Of a stretch of 64,000 nt of DNA, positions 47,225-57,900 are shown piece after piece. Every line of letters begins with the position of its first letter. The stretch's first letter is position 1. The translations under genes were made by a program, and so were the position numbers. A model generated the notes under the pieces. The model did not search any database. It was not told the origin of the DNA and saw only the letters and a list, made by a program, of their open reading frames with translations. The stretch is from Atopobium sp. (lineage in GTDB: Bacteria > Actinomycetota > Coriobacteriia > Coriobacteriales > Atopobiaceae): assembly GCA_015259035.1 (NCBI GenBank), contig JABZHC010000002.1, positions 6,833 through 70,832 of the forward strand, in the 5' to 3' direction.

Positions 47225-48475
47225 ATGACTATTGATACTTCTGCGGAACAGCTTAAGAAAAACTACTTCTGGAATACGCTTGGTTCTTTGATGAACGCGG
47301 CTTCAACGGTACTTATGTTGATGGTAGTCACGCGTACCATGGGAGCTGCCGCTGGTGGTGTTTTCTCGCTTGCGTATGCTGTGGCCCAGCAGCTGATGGT
47401 CATTGGTCACTTTGAGATTAGAACGTACCAGGTTACCGATACAGAAGAAGTATTTTCGTTTGGCGTGTACCTTGCTGCACGAATTATCACAACTGTTTTA
47501 ATGATTGCGGGAATTGCTATTTTTACCCTGCAGTCTCAGGGGTTGAGTTACGAGGGTGTGCTGTATGCTCTTATTGCGTCGCTACGTTTATTTGACGTTG
47601 TAGAAGATGTATTTCACGGCATGTTCCAGCAGCATGGTCGCTTAGATATTGCTGGCAGGGCATTCTTTTATCGTGTACTTGCAACGGTTGTTGGCTTTGC
47701 AGTAGGTGTGCTTCTTACAAAGAACCTGCTTGTTGGTGCAGCTCTTTCTTTTGTTGCATCGCTGATAGTTATGATTGTGCTTGTCATTCCTCCTACTAAG
47801 AGGATGGCAACGCTTAAGCCTACGTTTGACTTTACGCAAATTACAAAGCTGCTGGTTACTACTGCTCCGTTGTTTGCTGGCTCATTCTTGCTGACGTACG
47901 TTGTTGGTGCTCCTCGCTATGCGTTGGGCGGTCTGAGTAATCAGGAACTTCTTACCTTCTTTACCGCTCTTGCTATGCCCGCTATGGTTATCAATCTTTT
48001 AAGTAACTTTGTCTTTAAGCCACTGCTTACTCAGATGGCTGAGTATTGGAATAATCAGCAAGACAAGCAGTTTGTGGGCCTGATTCTTAAGGGTTTTGCC
48101 GTAGTTGCTTTAGCTACTGCTGTTTCTATGGCGCTGGCTTGGCCGCTAGGCGCTCCAGTTCTTGGACTTCTCTATGGTCTTGATTTTGAACCGTATAAGC
48201 TGGAGCTTTTGATGCTGCTTTTTGGCGGTCTTCTTAATGCCCTCACAGTTATTTTGTACTACGCTGTAGTAACCATGCGTAAGCAGGTAGCGGTATTTGT
48301 GAGCTATGCAGCAGGTGCAGGTTTTGCCGCGCTTACAGGAGGATGGTTTGTAGGCAACTTTGGCATTATGGGAGCATGTGTGCTCTATGATGTCTCGCTT
48401 GCAATTCTTGCTCTAGTATTTGGAATCTTCTGCTTCTTGGGATTTAAAGACCAAAAGGAAAAGTCCGCTGTGTAA
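47225..48475 (+). CDS. Polysaccharide flippase (Wzx/MOP family)
   Basis: KNYFWNTLGS start, about 12 TM segments, located in the glycan locus. Confidence 0.8.
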   Translation: MTIDTSAEQLKKNYFWNTLGSLMNAASTVLMLMVVTRTMGAAAGGVFSLAYAVAQQLMVIGHFEIRTYQVTDTEEVFSFGVYLAARIITTVLMIAGIAIFTLQSQGLSYEGVLYALIASLRLFDVVEDVFHGMFQQHGRLDIAGRAFFYRVLATVVGFAVGVLLTKNLLVGAALSFVASLIVMIVLVIPPTKRMATLKPTFDFTQITKLLVTTAPLFAGSFLLTYVVGAPRYALGGLSNQELLTFFTALAMPAMVINLLSNFVFKPLLTQMAEYWNNQQDKQFVGLILKGFAVVALATAVSMALAWPLGAPVLGLLYGLDFEPYKLELLMLLFGGLLNALTVILYYAVVTMRKQVAVFVSYAAGAGFAALTGGWFVGNFGIMGACVLYDVSLAILALVFGIFCFLGFKDQKEKSAV

Positions 48476-48532
48476 GCGGACTTTTTAATGTATTACCTGT
48501 GTGAGCGTGCCGTCAGGGAGCTGACGTGTCGT

Positions 48533-48919
48533 TTACACGCGAGTACGCTGATTAAGATCAGTTACAAAACCAAGGTTTTTCTCGTCTCGTGCATCTTTGT
48601 CACGCAGAGCAAGCTCAGCTGAAAGCTGCTCAACCTTATAGGTGAGCTTGGAGATTGCACAGGACTGATGGAAAATCCTGATAAGCATCATCACAATAAC
48701 CAGCATCAGGACAAAGTTTGCAGGGCTCATAAAGCCAAACAGACCCGAGAAGAAATACGCAAGTTGGGGAATAAGCGCAAACAAAACGAGGATTCCTGCA
48801 GAAACAACCCAATAGACAGAGTCGGAGATACGAATCTTTGATTTACGGACGCTATTGATGACAATGCCCATGGCAAAAAGAGCACCAATAAGCAGCAGAA
48901 TTCTGAGAACTAAAGTCAT
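48533..48919 (-). CDS. DUF2304 family membrane protein
   Basis: 3 TM segments, W..G.L..P...GF.SPANF, C-terminal coiled coil LSAELAL; coupled to the upstream GT2. Confidence 0.8.
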   Translation of the reverse strand: MTLVLRILLLIGALFAMGIVINSVRKSKIRISDSVYWVVSAGILVLFALIPQLAYFFSGLFGFMSPANFVLMLVIVMMLIRIFHQSCAISKLTYKVEQLSAELALRDKDARDEKNLGFVTDLNQRTRV

Positions 48920-48928
48920 GGTGTCACC

Positions 48929-49615
48929 TTATCTAAACCACTGGAAAAGCAAAAGCGAGAGGCACGTGCGAGCCATATACATAATTGAGTTATAGAAGCT
49001 CAAATAGGACTCGCCTCCTTGACGCTCACGCATCTCAGTTTCAATCTCGACAACCTTAGCTCCTCGACGCATCAGCAGCGAGATAGTGTCTGGCTCGGGG
49101 GAGAAGTCAAAGGAGCGCGCATACGTCTCAATGAGACCACGATCGTACATACGCATGCCTGAGGTAGGGTCAGTAATGGTTTGACCAGTGCTTGTCTTGA
49201 TAAGCCAAGAAATCAGCTTGGAGCCAATCTCTCGAGGAGAGTTTCCGCGAGCCTTGGTGACAAAGCGGGAAGCAATAACAATGTTTGCTCCCTCGTTTAC
49301 CATTGCTTGCGCCATAGGAGCAATGTACTCAGGTCTATGTTGACCATCGGAGTCAAACTGCACCACAGCGTCATAACCATGTTCTTTGGCATAGCGCATA
49401 CCAGCTCTAAAGCCTGCGGAAAGGCCTCCGTTAACTGGCAAATTGAGGTAGTTAAATCCACGCTCTTTACAGATATCCAGTGTGCGGTCAGCGGAGCCAT
49501 CGTTGATTATGATGTAATCAACTTGAGGAGCTACCTGGCACAACTCTGTAATAGTTGAAGCAATGCAGGCTTCTTCGTTGTAAGCGGGAACGACTGCAAG
49601 AATTCTCACAAGCAT
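48929..49615 (-). CDS. GT2 polyprenol-phosphate sugar transferase (DPM1-like)
   Basis: VPAYNEE, INDGSADRT, QFDSDGQH, DPTSGMR, MRERQGGES. Confidence 0.88.
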   Translation of the reverse strand: MLVRILAVVPAYNEEACIASTITELCQVAPQVDYIIINDGSADRTLDICKERGFNYLNLPVNGGLSAGFRAGMRYAKEHGYDAVVQFDSDGQHRPEYIAPMAQAMVNEGANIVIASRFVTKARGNSPREIGSKLISWLIKTSTGQTITDPTSGMRMYDRGLIETYARSFDFSPEPDTISLLMRRGAKVVEIETEMRERQGGESYLSFYNSIMYMARTCLSLLLFQWFR

Positions 49616-49725
49616 CCTTTGAATTGCAAATTACACGTTAACTGCATGAATATCATAGCTCAAAAGCCGAATTAAACTTGACTCGTATATAGTAGATTAC
49701 CTAAAGAAATCGAAAGGTGAACGCT

Positions 49726-50331
49726 ATGGAGTTTCCAAAAGAGCTTAAAAACCCTATTCAATCGGGCAATTTTACGTTTTATGACACCTCGATTGAAGGT
49801 GTAAAGGTTGTGGACGTAAAGCTGTACGGTGATGCGCGTGGTGGCTTTATGGAGACCTATCGTGAAGAAAACTTTGTTGCAGGCGGCATTGATGCTTCTT
49901 TTGTACAGGATAATCAGTCCTCATCCGTTCAGGGCGTGCTCCGCGGCCTTCACTTCCAGATTGAGCATCCTCAGGCAAAGCTTGTGCGTGTAATCTCTGG
50001 CACTGTCTTTGACGTTGCTGTTGACCTGCGAGAGGGAAGTCCAACTTGGGGTCAGTGGGAAGGCGTTGTCCTGTCCGCTGAGAACCGCAGGCAGTTCTTT
50101 GTTCCTCGCGGATTTGCCCACGGTTTCTTGGTACTCTCTGAGACTGCGGAGTTCTGCTATAAGTGTGACGACATCTATCATCCAGGTGATGAGGGCGGCA
50201 TCATGTGGAATGATCCAGAGCTTGGCATTGAGTGGCCAGCATTTCTTGGCGAGAAGACCTTAGATTCAGCAAAGGTTATTCTTTCCGACAAAGATAAGAT
50301 TCATCCAGCACTTTCTTCACTTAAGAAGTAA
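49726..50331 (+). CDS. rfbC: dTDP-4-dehydrorhamnose 3,5-epimerase
   Basis: DARGGFMET, VQDNQS.S..GVLRGLHFQ, DVAVDLR, GFAHGF, YKCD. Confidence 0.96.
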   Translation: MEFPKELKNPIQSGNFTFYDTSIEGVKVVDVKLYGDARGGFMETYREENFVAGGIDASFVQDNQSSSVQGVLRGLHFQIEHPQAKLVRVISGTVFDVAVDLREGSPTWGQWEGVVLSAENRRQFFVPRGFAHGFLVLSETAEFCYKCDDIYHPGDEGGIMWNDPELGIEWPAFLGEKTLDSAKVILSDKDKIHPALSSLKK

Positions 50332-50357
50332 CAAGCGCTGAAGGCAAGTTAGGTACT

Positions 50358-52988
50358 ATGAACGAACGTAATCGTCGTGAGCGAGAATCCACAGCTCACG
50401 AGCTAAATCGCATGAACGAGGCGGAGTGGACAGAGGAAGCTTCTGACAAGGAGCTCTCAACTCAGCCGCTTCCTCGCGCAACACAGATGGAACTTCTCGC
50501 CCCAGCGGGAGGTCCAGCGCCATTTACCGCAGCTCTTGCTGGTGGTGCTGACGCTATTTACTGCGGCCTGGGTAACAACTTCAACGCCCGCCGTGGTGCG
50601 GACAACTTTGATGACGAGTCGTTTGCGCGTGCGTGTAGACAGGCTCATCTAGCTGGCGCTCGCGTGTACGTTACTGTTAACGTTGTTGTTAAGTGGGACG
50701 AGATGCAGCGGGTACTGCGCTTGATTCGCCGCGCGTGGGTTCTTGGTGCTGATGCTTTTATCATCCAGGACTGGGGTCTTATGGCTCAGGTAAGAAAGAC
50801 CTGGCCAGAGATTGAATGCCACGTATCAACGCAGGCAAATATCCACGATACGCGCGGTGTTGCTGCCTGTAAAAAGCTTGGCGTGGGCCGCGTGACGCTG
50901 TCCAGAGAGCTTACGAAAGAAGAAATTTCTACCATTTCTAAGCTCGGCGTTGAGCTGGAGTGTTTTGGTCACGGCGCCTTGTGCTTCTGCTATTCGGGCA
51001 TCTGTCACATGTCATCTATGCGAGGAGATCGCTCTGCTAACCGTGGAGCCTGTGCTCAGCCGTGCCGCCTGCCGTATGAGCTGCTCAATTCTAAGCATGA
51101 AGTTGTCTCGATGGGTGGCATTGATAGACTGCTCTGCCCTAAGGATTACTGCACTATTGATGACGTGCCTGACATGATTGAGGCGGGCGTTGGTTCGCTT
51201 AAAATTGAGGGCCGCATGAAGGCACCCGAGTACGTGTATTCGGTGGTGTCTTCGTATCGTCAGGCTATTGATGCTGCCGAGAAGGGCGTGGATAACCAGG
51301 CCGATGTGGCACGTCGCCACCGCTTGCTTAAACGCTCGTTTAACCGTGGCCTGACCAACGCGTACCTGCATGGTACCGCTGGCAACGAGATGATGAGCTA
51401 CGAGCGCTCTAACAACCGCGGTGAAATTGTTGGTGAGGTCACCGGCGGACGCCCACTTGAGGATGCTCTTGAGCGTAAGAGTGGTCTGAATGGTGGCCGT
51501 GTTAAGCTGCGCCGTTACAAGCAGGCAGATGTTGACCTTATTGCACACGCGCCTATTGGCAAGAATGACTTGCTTGAAATTAGGCCGCTCGATGAACCTG
51601 ACAAGTTCTTGACTGCTCTTTGTCCTGTTGATGTTGAGCCAGGTCAGACAGTTACCGTGCGCACTTCTCGCGTTATGCAGACCGGATCTACGGTACGCAT
51701 TATTCGCTCTGAAGCGGCGCGCGTAGCTGCTGAGCAGATCTCTTCACTGGAATATCCTCGTAAACGAGCTGTTGACGTGGCTATTATTGCCCGCATTGGC
51801 CAGCCCTTTACTGTGGCCCTTACTACCGCAGACGGTGTGGCAAGCGCGTCTGTCGAGGACTTTGTGGTGGAGGAGGCCCGCACTAAGGCGGTAACCTCTG
51901 ACGAGCTCATTGAGCACGTTGGACGCATGGGAACCTCGCCGTTTGAGGCCGTAAGCTTTGACGTCCAGATGGACGATACGTGCGGCATGAGCTTTAGTGC
52001 TGTCCACAAGGTCCGCGCTGCGGCATGTGAGCAGCTCGAGGCTGCGCTTCTTGAGGAGTACCAGAACCGCGAGCAGAAGATTGCTCCGCTTTCCCGTCTT
52101 GCCTATCAAAAGGAGCGAGAAGCCCAAGACAAAGAGAAGCTTTTTGCCTTTGATGAGGCGGCTGCAAAAACAAATGCATCGCAGGCAGAGGTCTGTGTTC
52201 TAGTTGAGACTCCAGAGCAGGCACGTGTTGCGCTCAAGGCGGGAGCACATCGTCTGTACGCAACTACCGATGCGCTCGCAGAGACTTCGTGGCCAGAGGA
52301 TCTTCTCGCCAAGGTGACCCCATGGCTTGATGAGGTATGTCGCGAGATTGACCATAATCGCTTGGATCCCTACGTTGCTGCAGGTAAGCCGATTGCCGTG
52401 GGAAACATCTCCGAGCTGGCGTTGGCCGTTGAGCGCGGAGCCATCCCTGAGGTGCGCGAGTGCATTCCAGTCCACAACGACTACGCTTTGCAGGCACTTG
52501 CCGACATGGGCGCAGAAGGTGTCTGGCTCAACTCCGAGCTTACCCTCCAAGAGATCTGTCATATGGCGAGAAACGCCTCGATTCCTGTGGGTTATATGGT
52601 CAGCGGCCGTATTCGTACCATGACCACTGAGCACTGCATTTTGATGTCTACGGGCAAGTGTATCCACGATTGCGATGTCTGTAAGCTGCGCCTTGAGGAG
52701 CACACGCTTAGAGGTATTGATAACGATTACATGCCCGTAAGGACTGACAGACATGGTCGCTCCAAGATTTGGAGCCCTAAGCTCTTTGACGGCGTGCCAG
52801 AGATTGCCGAGATGCTCTCTGCCGGCGTGAAGCGCTTTATGGTAGACGCAACGCTTCTAAGTACGGAGCAGACACGGGAGGCTACCTCTCGCGTAGCTGC
52901 TGCTATTGCGGCAACAGCGTCGGGTGCATCATTGCCTACACGTCTGAAAGATGCGTCAGTTGGACATCTTTTCTCGCCAATTGGATAG
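50358..52988 (+). CDS. U32 peptidase family protein with DUF3656, probable 23S rRNA C2501 hydroxylase (RlhA-like)
   Basis: ELLAPAG, HVSTQ, LSREL, HGALCFCYSGIC, ANRGACAQPCR Fe-S cysteines, KIEGRMK; long form with second degenerate U32-like domain. Confidence 0.85.
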   Translation: MNERNRRERESTAHELNRMNEAEWTEEASDKELSTQPLPRATQMELLAPAGGPAPFTAALAGGADAIYCGLGNNFNARRGADNFDDESFARACRQAHLAGARVYVTVNVVVKWDEMQRVLRLIRRAWVLGADAFIIQDWGLMAQVRKTWPEIECHVSTQANIHDTRGVAACKKLGVGRVTLSRELTKEEISTISKLGVELECFGHGALCFCYSGICHMSSMRGDRSANRGACAQPCRLPYELLNSKHEVVSMGGIDRLLCPKDYCTIDDVPDMIEAGVGSLKIEGRMKAPEYVYSVVSSYRQAIDAAEKGVDNQADVARRHRLLKRSFNRGLTNAYLHGTAGNEMMSYERSNNRGEIVGEVTGGRPLEDALERKSGLNGGRVKLRRYKQADVDLIAHAPIGKNDLLEIRPLDEPDKFLTALCPVDVEPGQTVTVRTSRVMQTGSTVRIIRSEAARVAAEQISSLEYPRKRAVDVAIIARIGQPFTVALTTADGVASASVEDFVVEEARTKAVTSDELIEHVGRMGTSPFEAVSFDVQMDDTCGMSFSAVHKVRAAACEQLEAALLEEYQNREQKIAPLSRLAYQKEREAQDKEKLFAFDEAAAKTNASQAEVCVLVETPEQARVALKAGAHRLYATTDALAETSWPEDLLAKVTPWLDEVCREIDHNRLDPYVAAGKPIAVGNISELALAVERGAIPEVRECIPVHNDYALQALADMGAEGVWLNSELTLQEICHMARNASIPVGYMVSGRIRTMTTEHCILMSTGKCIHDCDVCKLRLEEHTLRGIDNDYMPVRTDRHGRSKIWSPKLFDGVPEIAEMLSAGVKRFMVDATLLSTEQTREATSRVAAAIAATASGASLPTRLKDASVGHLFSPIG

Positions 52989-53077
52989 TGCAGAAATAAG
53001 TTTGGAATTTTGGGTAGGATACCCATGTCGTAAATTATGGGCGCGTCCGCGCTTGAAGAGTTTGAATAGGAGCAAAC

Positions 53078-53314
53078 ATGGCCATTAATCGTGACCTTTT
53101 GAATGCAACCCTTGATGTTATTCGTCAGAGCCTTCAGACCGATGGCGGTGACGTTGAGCTTATTGATGTAAGCGATGACGGCACCGTAACGCTTGAGATG
53201 ACTGGTTCTTGCGCTGGCTGCCCAATGTCTGCATATGATATGTCTGAGGGTATTGAGCGTATCCTGATTGAGCACGTTCCTGGTGTAAAGCGCGTTCAGC
53301 CTGCAATGCTGTAA
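53078..53314 (+). CDS. NifU C-terminal-like Fe-S carrier
   Basis: IRQSLQTDGGDVEL...GSCAGCP. Confidence 0.9.
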   Translation: MAINRDLLNATLDVIRQSLQTDGGDVELIDVSDDGTVTLEMTGSCAGCPMSAYDMSEGIERILIEHVPGVKRVQPAML

Positions 53315-53545
53315 GTTATCGCTCGGCGTCAAAAAGTGAACATTTGACGCTTATCGGTTGTGAGCTTCATGCGCATAAACGTGTTTTTTATGCAGAGAAG
53401 TTGTGGTGAACCATAATTGACCTGCGTAATTACAAAATTTATATATCACGCCCCTCACATTATTGTGTAGGGCGTGATATTTTATATAAATGGATAATTA
53501 GTTTTTCTGACCATTCATTTGTATGACGTAAGAAAGGTGGACGTT

Positions 53546-54103
53546 GTGGTTCTTTCTGATTGCGACATTAAAGCCGAGATTGCTGCTGGTCGTATCGTTA
53601 TTGAGCCTCTGTGTGAGCAGAATGTACAGCCTGCATCAGTTGATGTATGTCTTGGCTCAAACTTTAGAATTTTCCGCAATTCTACGCATACCTCAATTGA
53701 TCCACTTGTAGCTCAAGAGGGTCTTACTGAGTCAATTGATGTTCCTGAGGGAGAAGTTTTTGTTCTTCATCCTGGTCAGTTTGCGCTTGGTACCACGCTT
53801 GAGCGCATTGCTATTCCTGACGATATCCTTGGCAAACTTGAAGGTAAGTCCACCTTGGGTCGCTTAGGCCTTATGATTCACTCAACTGCAGGTTATGTTG
53901 ATCCAGGTTGGGACGGAGAGCTCACACTGGAGCTTTCTAATGTTGCTAACCTTCCAATCATCTTGCATCCTGGCATGAGGATTGGTCAGCTTTCCTTTGA
54001 GCGTATGAGCTCTCCTGTTGAGCGTCCTTATGGCTGCAAAGATCTTGGCAGCCATTATCAGGGTCAGCGCGGAGCAACTCCTTCGCATGTTCTTTCAAAG
54101 TAG
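53546..54103 (+). CDS. dcd: dCTP deaminase
   Basis: VLSD.DI, VQPASVD, LEGKSTLGRLGL, AGYVDPG, TLEL.N, YQGQ. Confidence 0.95.
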   Translation: MVLSDCDIKAEIAAGRIVIEPLCEQNVQPASVDVCLGSNFRIFRNSTHTSIDPLVAQEGLTESIDVPEGEVFVLHPGQFALGTTLERIAIPDDILGKLEGKSTLGRLGLMIHSTAGYVDPGWDGELTLELSNVANLPIILHPGMRIGQLSFERMSSPVERPYGCKDLGSHYQGQRGATPSHVLSK

Positions 54104-54124
54104 TTTTAGTAAGTAGGACGTATT

Positions 54125-54940
54125 GTGTGGCTTGATGCTTTCTATCATTCGTTAAACCCAGTAGCACTTTCTCTGGGTCCGCTGTCTATCAGATGGTATG
54201 GTCTGGCATATCTGGTGGGCTTTGTGCTTGCTGGCGTAGTTATGTATAGAACTGCTCAGCGCTGGAAACTTAACGTTACCCTTGATGACGTGCTTAATTT
54301 GATGGTTGGCATCTCGTTTGGCGTTATTGTTGGCGCCCGTCTGTTCTACGTTATTTTCTACGGCGCTGGTTATTATGCGGCTCATCCACTTGATGCATTT
54401 GCCTTAAGTCAAGGTGGTATGAGCTTTCACGGTGGCCTTGTAGGTGCTGTTGTTGGCGGCTCTATTGTCTGTAAGGCATCGGGCCTCTCTATCCCTACCA
54501 TCTGTGACCTGGGAGTTATTGGTGCGCCACTTGGTCTTTTCTTTGGACGCTGCGCAAACTTCATCAACGGTGAACTTTGGGGAAAGCCAACAGATCTGCC
54601 TTGGGGAGTAATGTTTGAGACAGGAGGAGCGGTCTACCGTCATCCTTCTCAGCTCTACGAAGCACTTCTCGAGGGCCTTGTGATGTTTGCTATTTTGTAC
54701 GTCCTTTCTAGGAAGTACCCTCCTCGTCCACAAGGAACGTTCATTGGAACGTTTTTGATGCTCTATGGCATTTTTAGGTTTGTCGTGGAATTTGTTCGTG
54801 TTCCAGACGAGCAGCTTGGCTACCTTTTTGGCAGCTTTATCACTATGGGACAGCTGCTCAGTCTGCCTTTAGTTGTACTTGGAATTGTGGTGCTTGTTTT
54901 GGCAAGAAGGCTAAATTCACCACAAGTTGGAAGGAATTAG
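54125..54940 (+). CDS. lgt: Prolipoprotein diacylglyceryl transferase
   Basis: IRWYGL, GARLFYV, GGMSFHGG, GRCANFINGELWG, HPSQLYE. Confidence 0.96.
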   Translation: MWLDAFYHSLNPVALSLGPLSIRWYGLAYLVGFVLAGVVMYRTAQRWKLNVTLDDVLNLMVGISFGVIVGARLFYVIFYGAGYYAAHPLDAFALSQGGMSFHGGLVGAVVGGSIVCKASGLSIPTICDLGVIGAPLGLFFGRCANFINGELWGKPTDLPWGVMFETGGAVYRHPSQLYEALLEGLVMFAILYVLSRKYPPRPQGTFIGTFLMLYGIFRFVVEFVRVPDEQLGYLFGSFITMGQLLSLPLVVLGIVVLVLARRLNSPQVGRN

Positions 54941-54944
54941 AAGC

Positions 54945-57900
54945 ATGTTTAAAAAGGCGCTCAATAGCCTTTTCTCCATACTTTTAGTGTTTGTGCTCTT
55001 ACCAGCTCCTGCATTCGCAGAAGCAGCGGGGGAGCTGACCACTACTGTTACTGCAACCTCCTCAGCAGAGAATGCCCTTACTGCTCAGGACAACGCTTCT
55101 GGTACGGAAGCTGCTTCTGGTACGGTAGAAGCTACAAGTGGTGCAACCACAACCTCTGAAGAGACAGGCCCTGGTGTTGCAGCAACCACAAATGAGACTG
55201 ACTATCCACACAAAACGCTGGATCAGGCAGTAGAAACTCTGACTAATTCCTTCTATAAGCCAAAACCTCGCTATGGTGTAGATACTAACCTCAACACCAT
55301 GGTTGCAGAAGAGTTGCGTCGCATTGGTGCTGGAGAGGTTAACGTTAGAGTGGCATCTGTTCAGATGTCTTCGACAGCTTCATATGCTCACGCAGGCATT
55401 TCTACTAATCTTGTAACTAATGGCTCTATTGAGTACTTCTGGATGGATGCGGCCGGTTTTACTAATCAGAGAAGCACTCTCATCCTCCGTCAGGCAAAAG
55501 TTACCTTTGAACTTTCCAAAGATGGCAAGACCGTTCAATATACCTGCAATGTTTTAATCCCTTGGGATGAGGCAAAATCTCAGGCGCAACTTGCTGACGT
55601 ATCTCAAAACCTTGCGCCATCATACGCGGAAGGACAGAATGAATCTTCTGTAACTTCAGACTTTACTCTTCCACATAAGCTTGTTTCCGCAGATGGAAAC
55701 CAACTTTCATGGTCTAAGGTCACTTGGACTAGCTCAGATACCTCTGTCGTTCGCATTGATGGATATGGCACTGAGCCCTATAAGGCAACAGTTACCCGCG
55801 GTATTCGTGATAAGCAGGTAACGCTGACCGCAAACGTTTCTTTGAGCAGCTCAGACGCTCCTCAGACAAGCTATCAGAAAACCTTTACCATAACGGTTCC
55901 AGGTGACTCTTCGGCTATTACCGACGCTCAGAATAATCTGTTAAGACGTATTAACAGGCGTTTCTCGGCATCAAGTATTAAAGATGTGTATACCAATCAC
56001 TCAATTAATGCTCAGGCGGTTACAGATGACCTGCAGATGCCTACGCCAAAGAACTTTGGCTTGGACGGAAAGCGCTATCAGTTTACGTACACTTCCTCCA
56101 ATGCTGCTATTACGTTCAATGGCTATAGAGGAACGGTGTACCAGCCTTTGCCTTCTGCTTCCGCGCAGCAGGTAGACATCACTCTGACCGTTACCGATAA
56201 AGAAAATCCTGAGGTATCAGTCTCTAAGACTCTTACGGTTACGGTAAGCCCGCTTAATCAGGCTGATATTGATGCAGAGCTTACTTTGATGAATGAGTCT
56301 AAGGCTCATTTCTGGGATGCACTTGCTACTCCTTCTGGTCAGCAGAATAAGCAGGATAGCGTTTCTGAGTCCTTGGCTACACCAAACAAGTTCTATCGTG
56401 CTTCTGACGGCTCTTTGAACTGGTCTTATGATGTTAACAATACCGATAAGACCGCAAGTGGTATTGTGCCTTCGGAGTTCCCAACATACGACCCCATGGG
56501 CCCTGCTGATCAGGCGCGCACGTACAGTTCTTCTCAGCCAACAATCATTCAGAACGAGAATCTTGTTCTCGCACAGACTCCTGAGTACAACACGTCTGTT
56601 ACGGTTTCGGCACTTCTTTCAAGTGCACGCTATTCTCGCTATGCAAGCTTGTATCCAGATAATGAGCAGTTCCAGGCCCTTACTAATCAGAAGGTCTCTG
56701 CCACCTTTACCGTGGCAGGCGAGAAGGGCGCTCGACCTGTAGAGGAAGACCCAGATCCAAGTCAGCTTGTTTCCGTCACTCTTTCTGTAGTAGGTCTTGA
56801 TAAAGACGGTAAGCCTCAGCACTGGGCTCCTACGCAGACTATTGAGGTTCGTAAGGGTACTACTGCTGACAAGGTAACGTATGACTACCTGAAGATTAAC
56901 GGCCTTACCTACGATGCAGCGGGCGGTTATTTGTCTTCAATTACGTCGCCTTCACAGGGACTTACGCTTGCAACAGCGCAGGTAGATGGCGCCTATAAAT
57001 GGTGGCAGTTCTTTGTAAACGGTCAGCTTTCGGACAAGATGGCAAACAATGTTACCTTGGACGAAAACACTACCATTACCTGGACATATGGTGGTCAGGA
57101 TAGCTCCATTCCAACTCCTCAAAATGAGTTGGTCATCAATCCATTTGCTGAGCACCCTAACCACGAGGCATCTTGGAGCGGTTTTGGTAGCGGAAACGGT
57201 TCCACTACTACGCAGAGCACCCCCATTAATTCTGCAGCTCTTCGTTGGAGTGTCACTGAAGGAACTCAGAATACACCTGGATTTATTTCTGATCAGGTTA
57301 TTGTTAAAGACACGGTCTATTACGTAAGCGGTTCTACTCTCAAAGCAGTTGACGCTGCAACAGGTAACCTTATTGCCGAGGCACAGATTGGCTCCAAGGT
57401 CTCGTACTTTGCACGTCCTCTGTACGTTAATGGCATGATTGTTGTTGCTACCGATGATGGATGTCTTACCGCATTCTCGGCAACAACTATGGAGTGCATC
57501 TGGAAGACAGAGCCGCTGGATACCACCAATGCGCTGCAATCTGTTTCTAGCCTGACGGTTAATAACGGCACCATCTTGGCTGAGTTTACTAAGATGAGCG
57601 GATTTGACGCAGTTGGTGGCTACATGGTTGCTGTTGACGCTACAACTGGTGCGCTTCGCTGGAAGCAGAATGCACAGCCTGCAAACATTCCTGGAGCAAC
57701 CTCTGGTCAGCCTTCAGGTTATTACTGGTCTGGCGCAGCGGCTTCTGGCTCTGACTTTATGATTGGCGACGAGTCCTCCTCTGTCAGGCTTATCAACGGT
57801 ACAACCGGTGCCATTGAGGCTGAGCTTAACCTTGGCTCACCAATTCGCGCAGGTATTGTTCCTGTCTCTGTTGATCAAAACGGTAATGGAACCTATCTTG

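Noticed and set aside
54900..54945. Cobalamin riboswitch before the DUF4430/ECF genes
   Set aside because: Only 4 bp separate lgt from the next gene; no B12-box seen here or before the S component.
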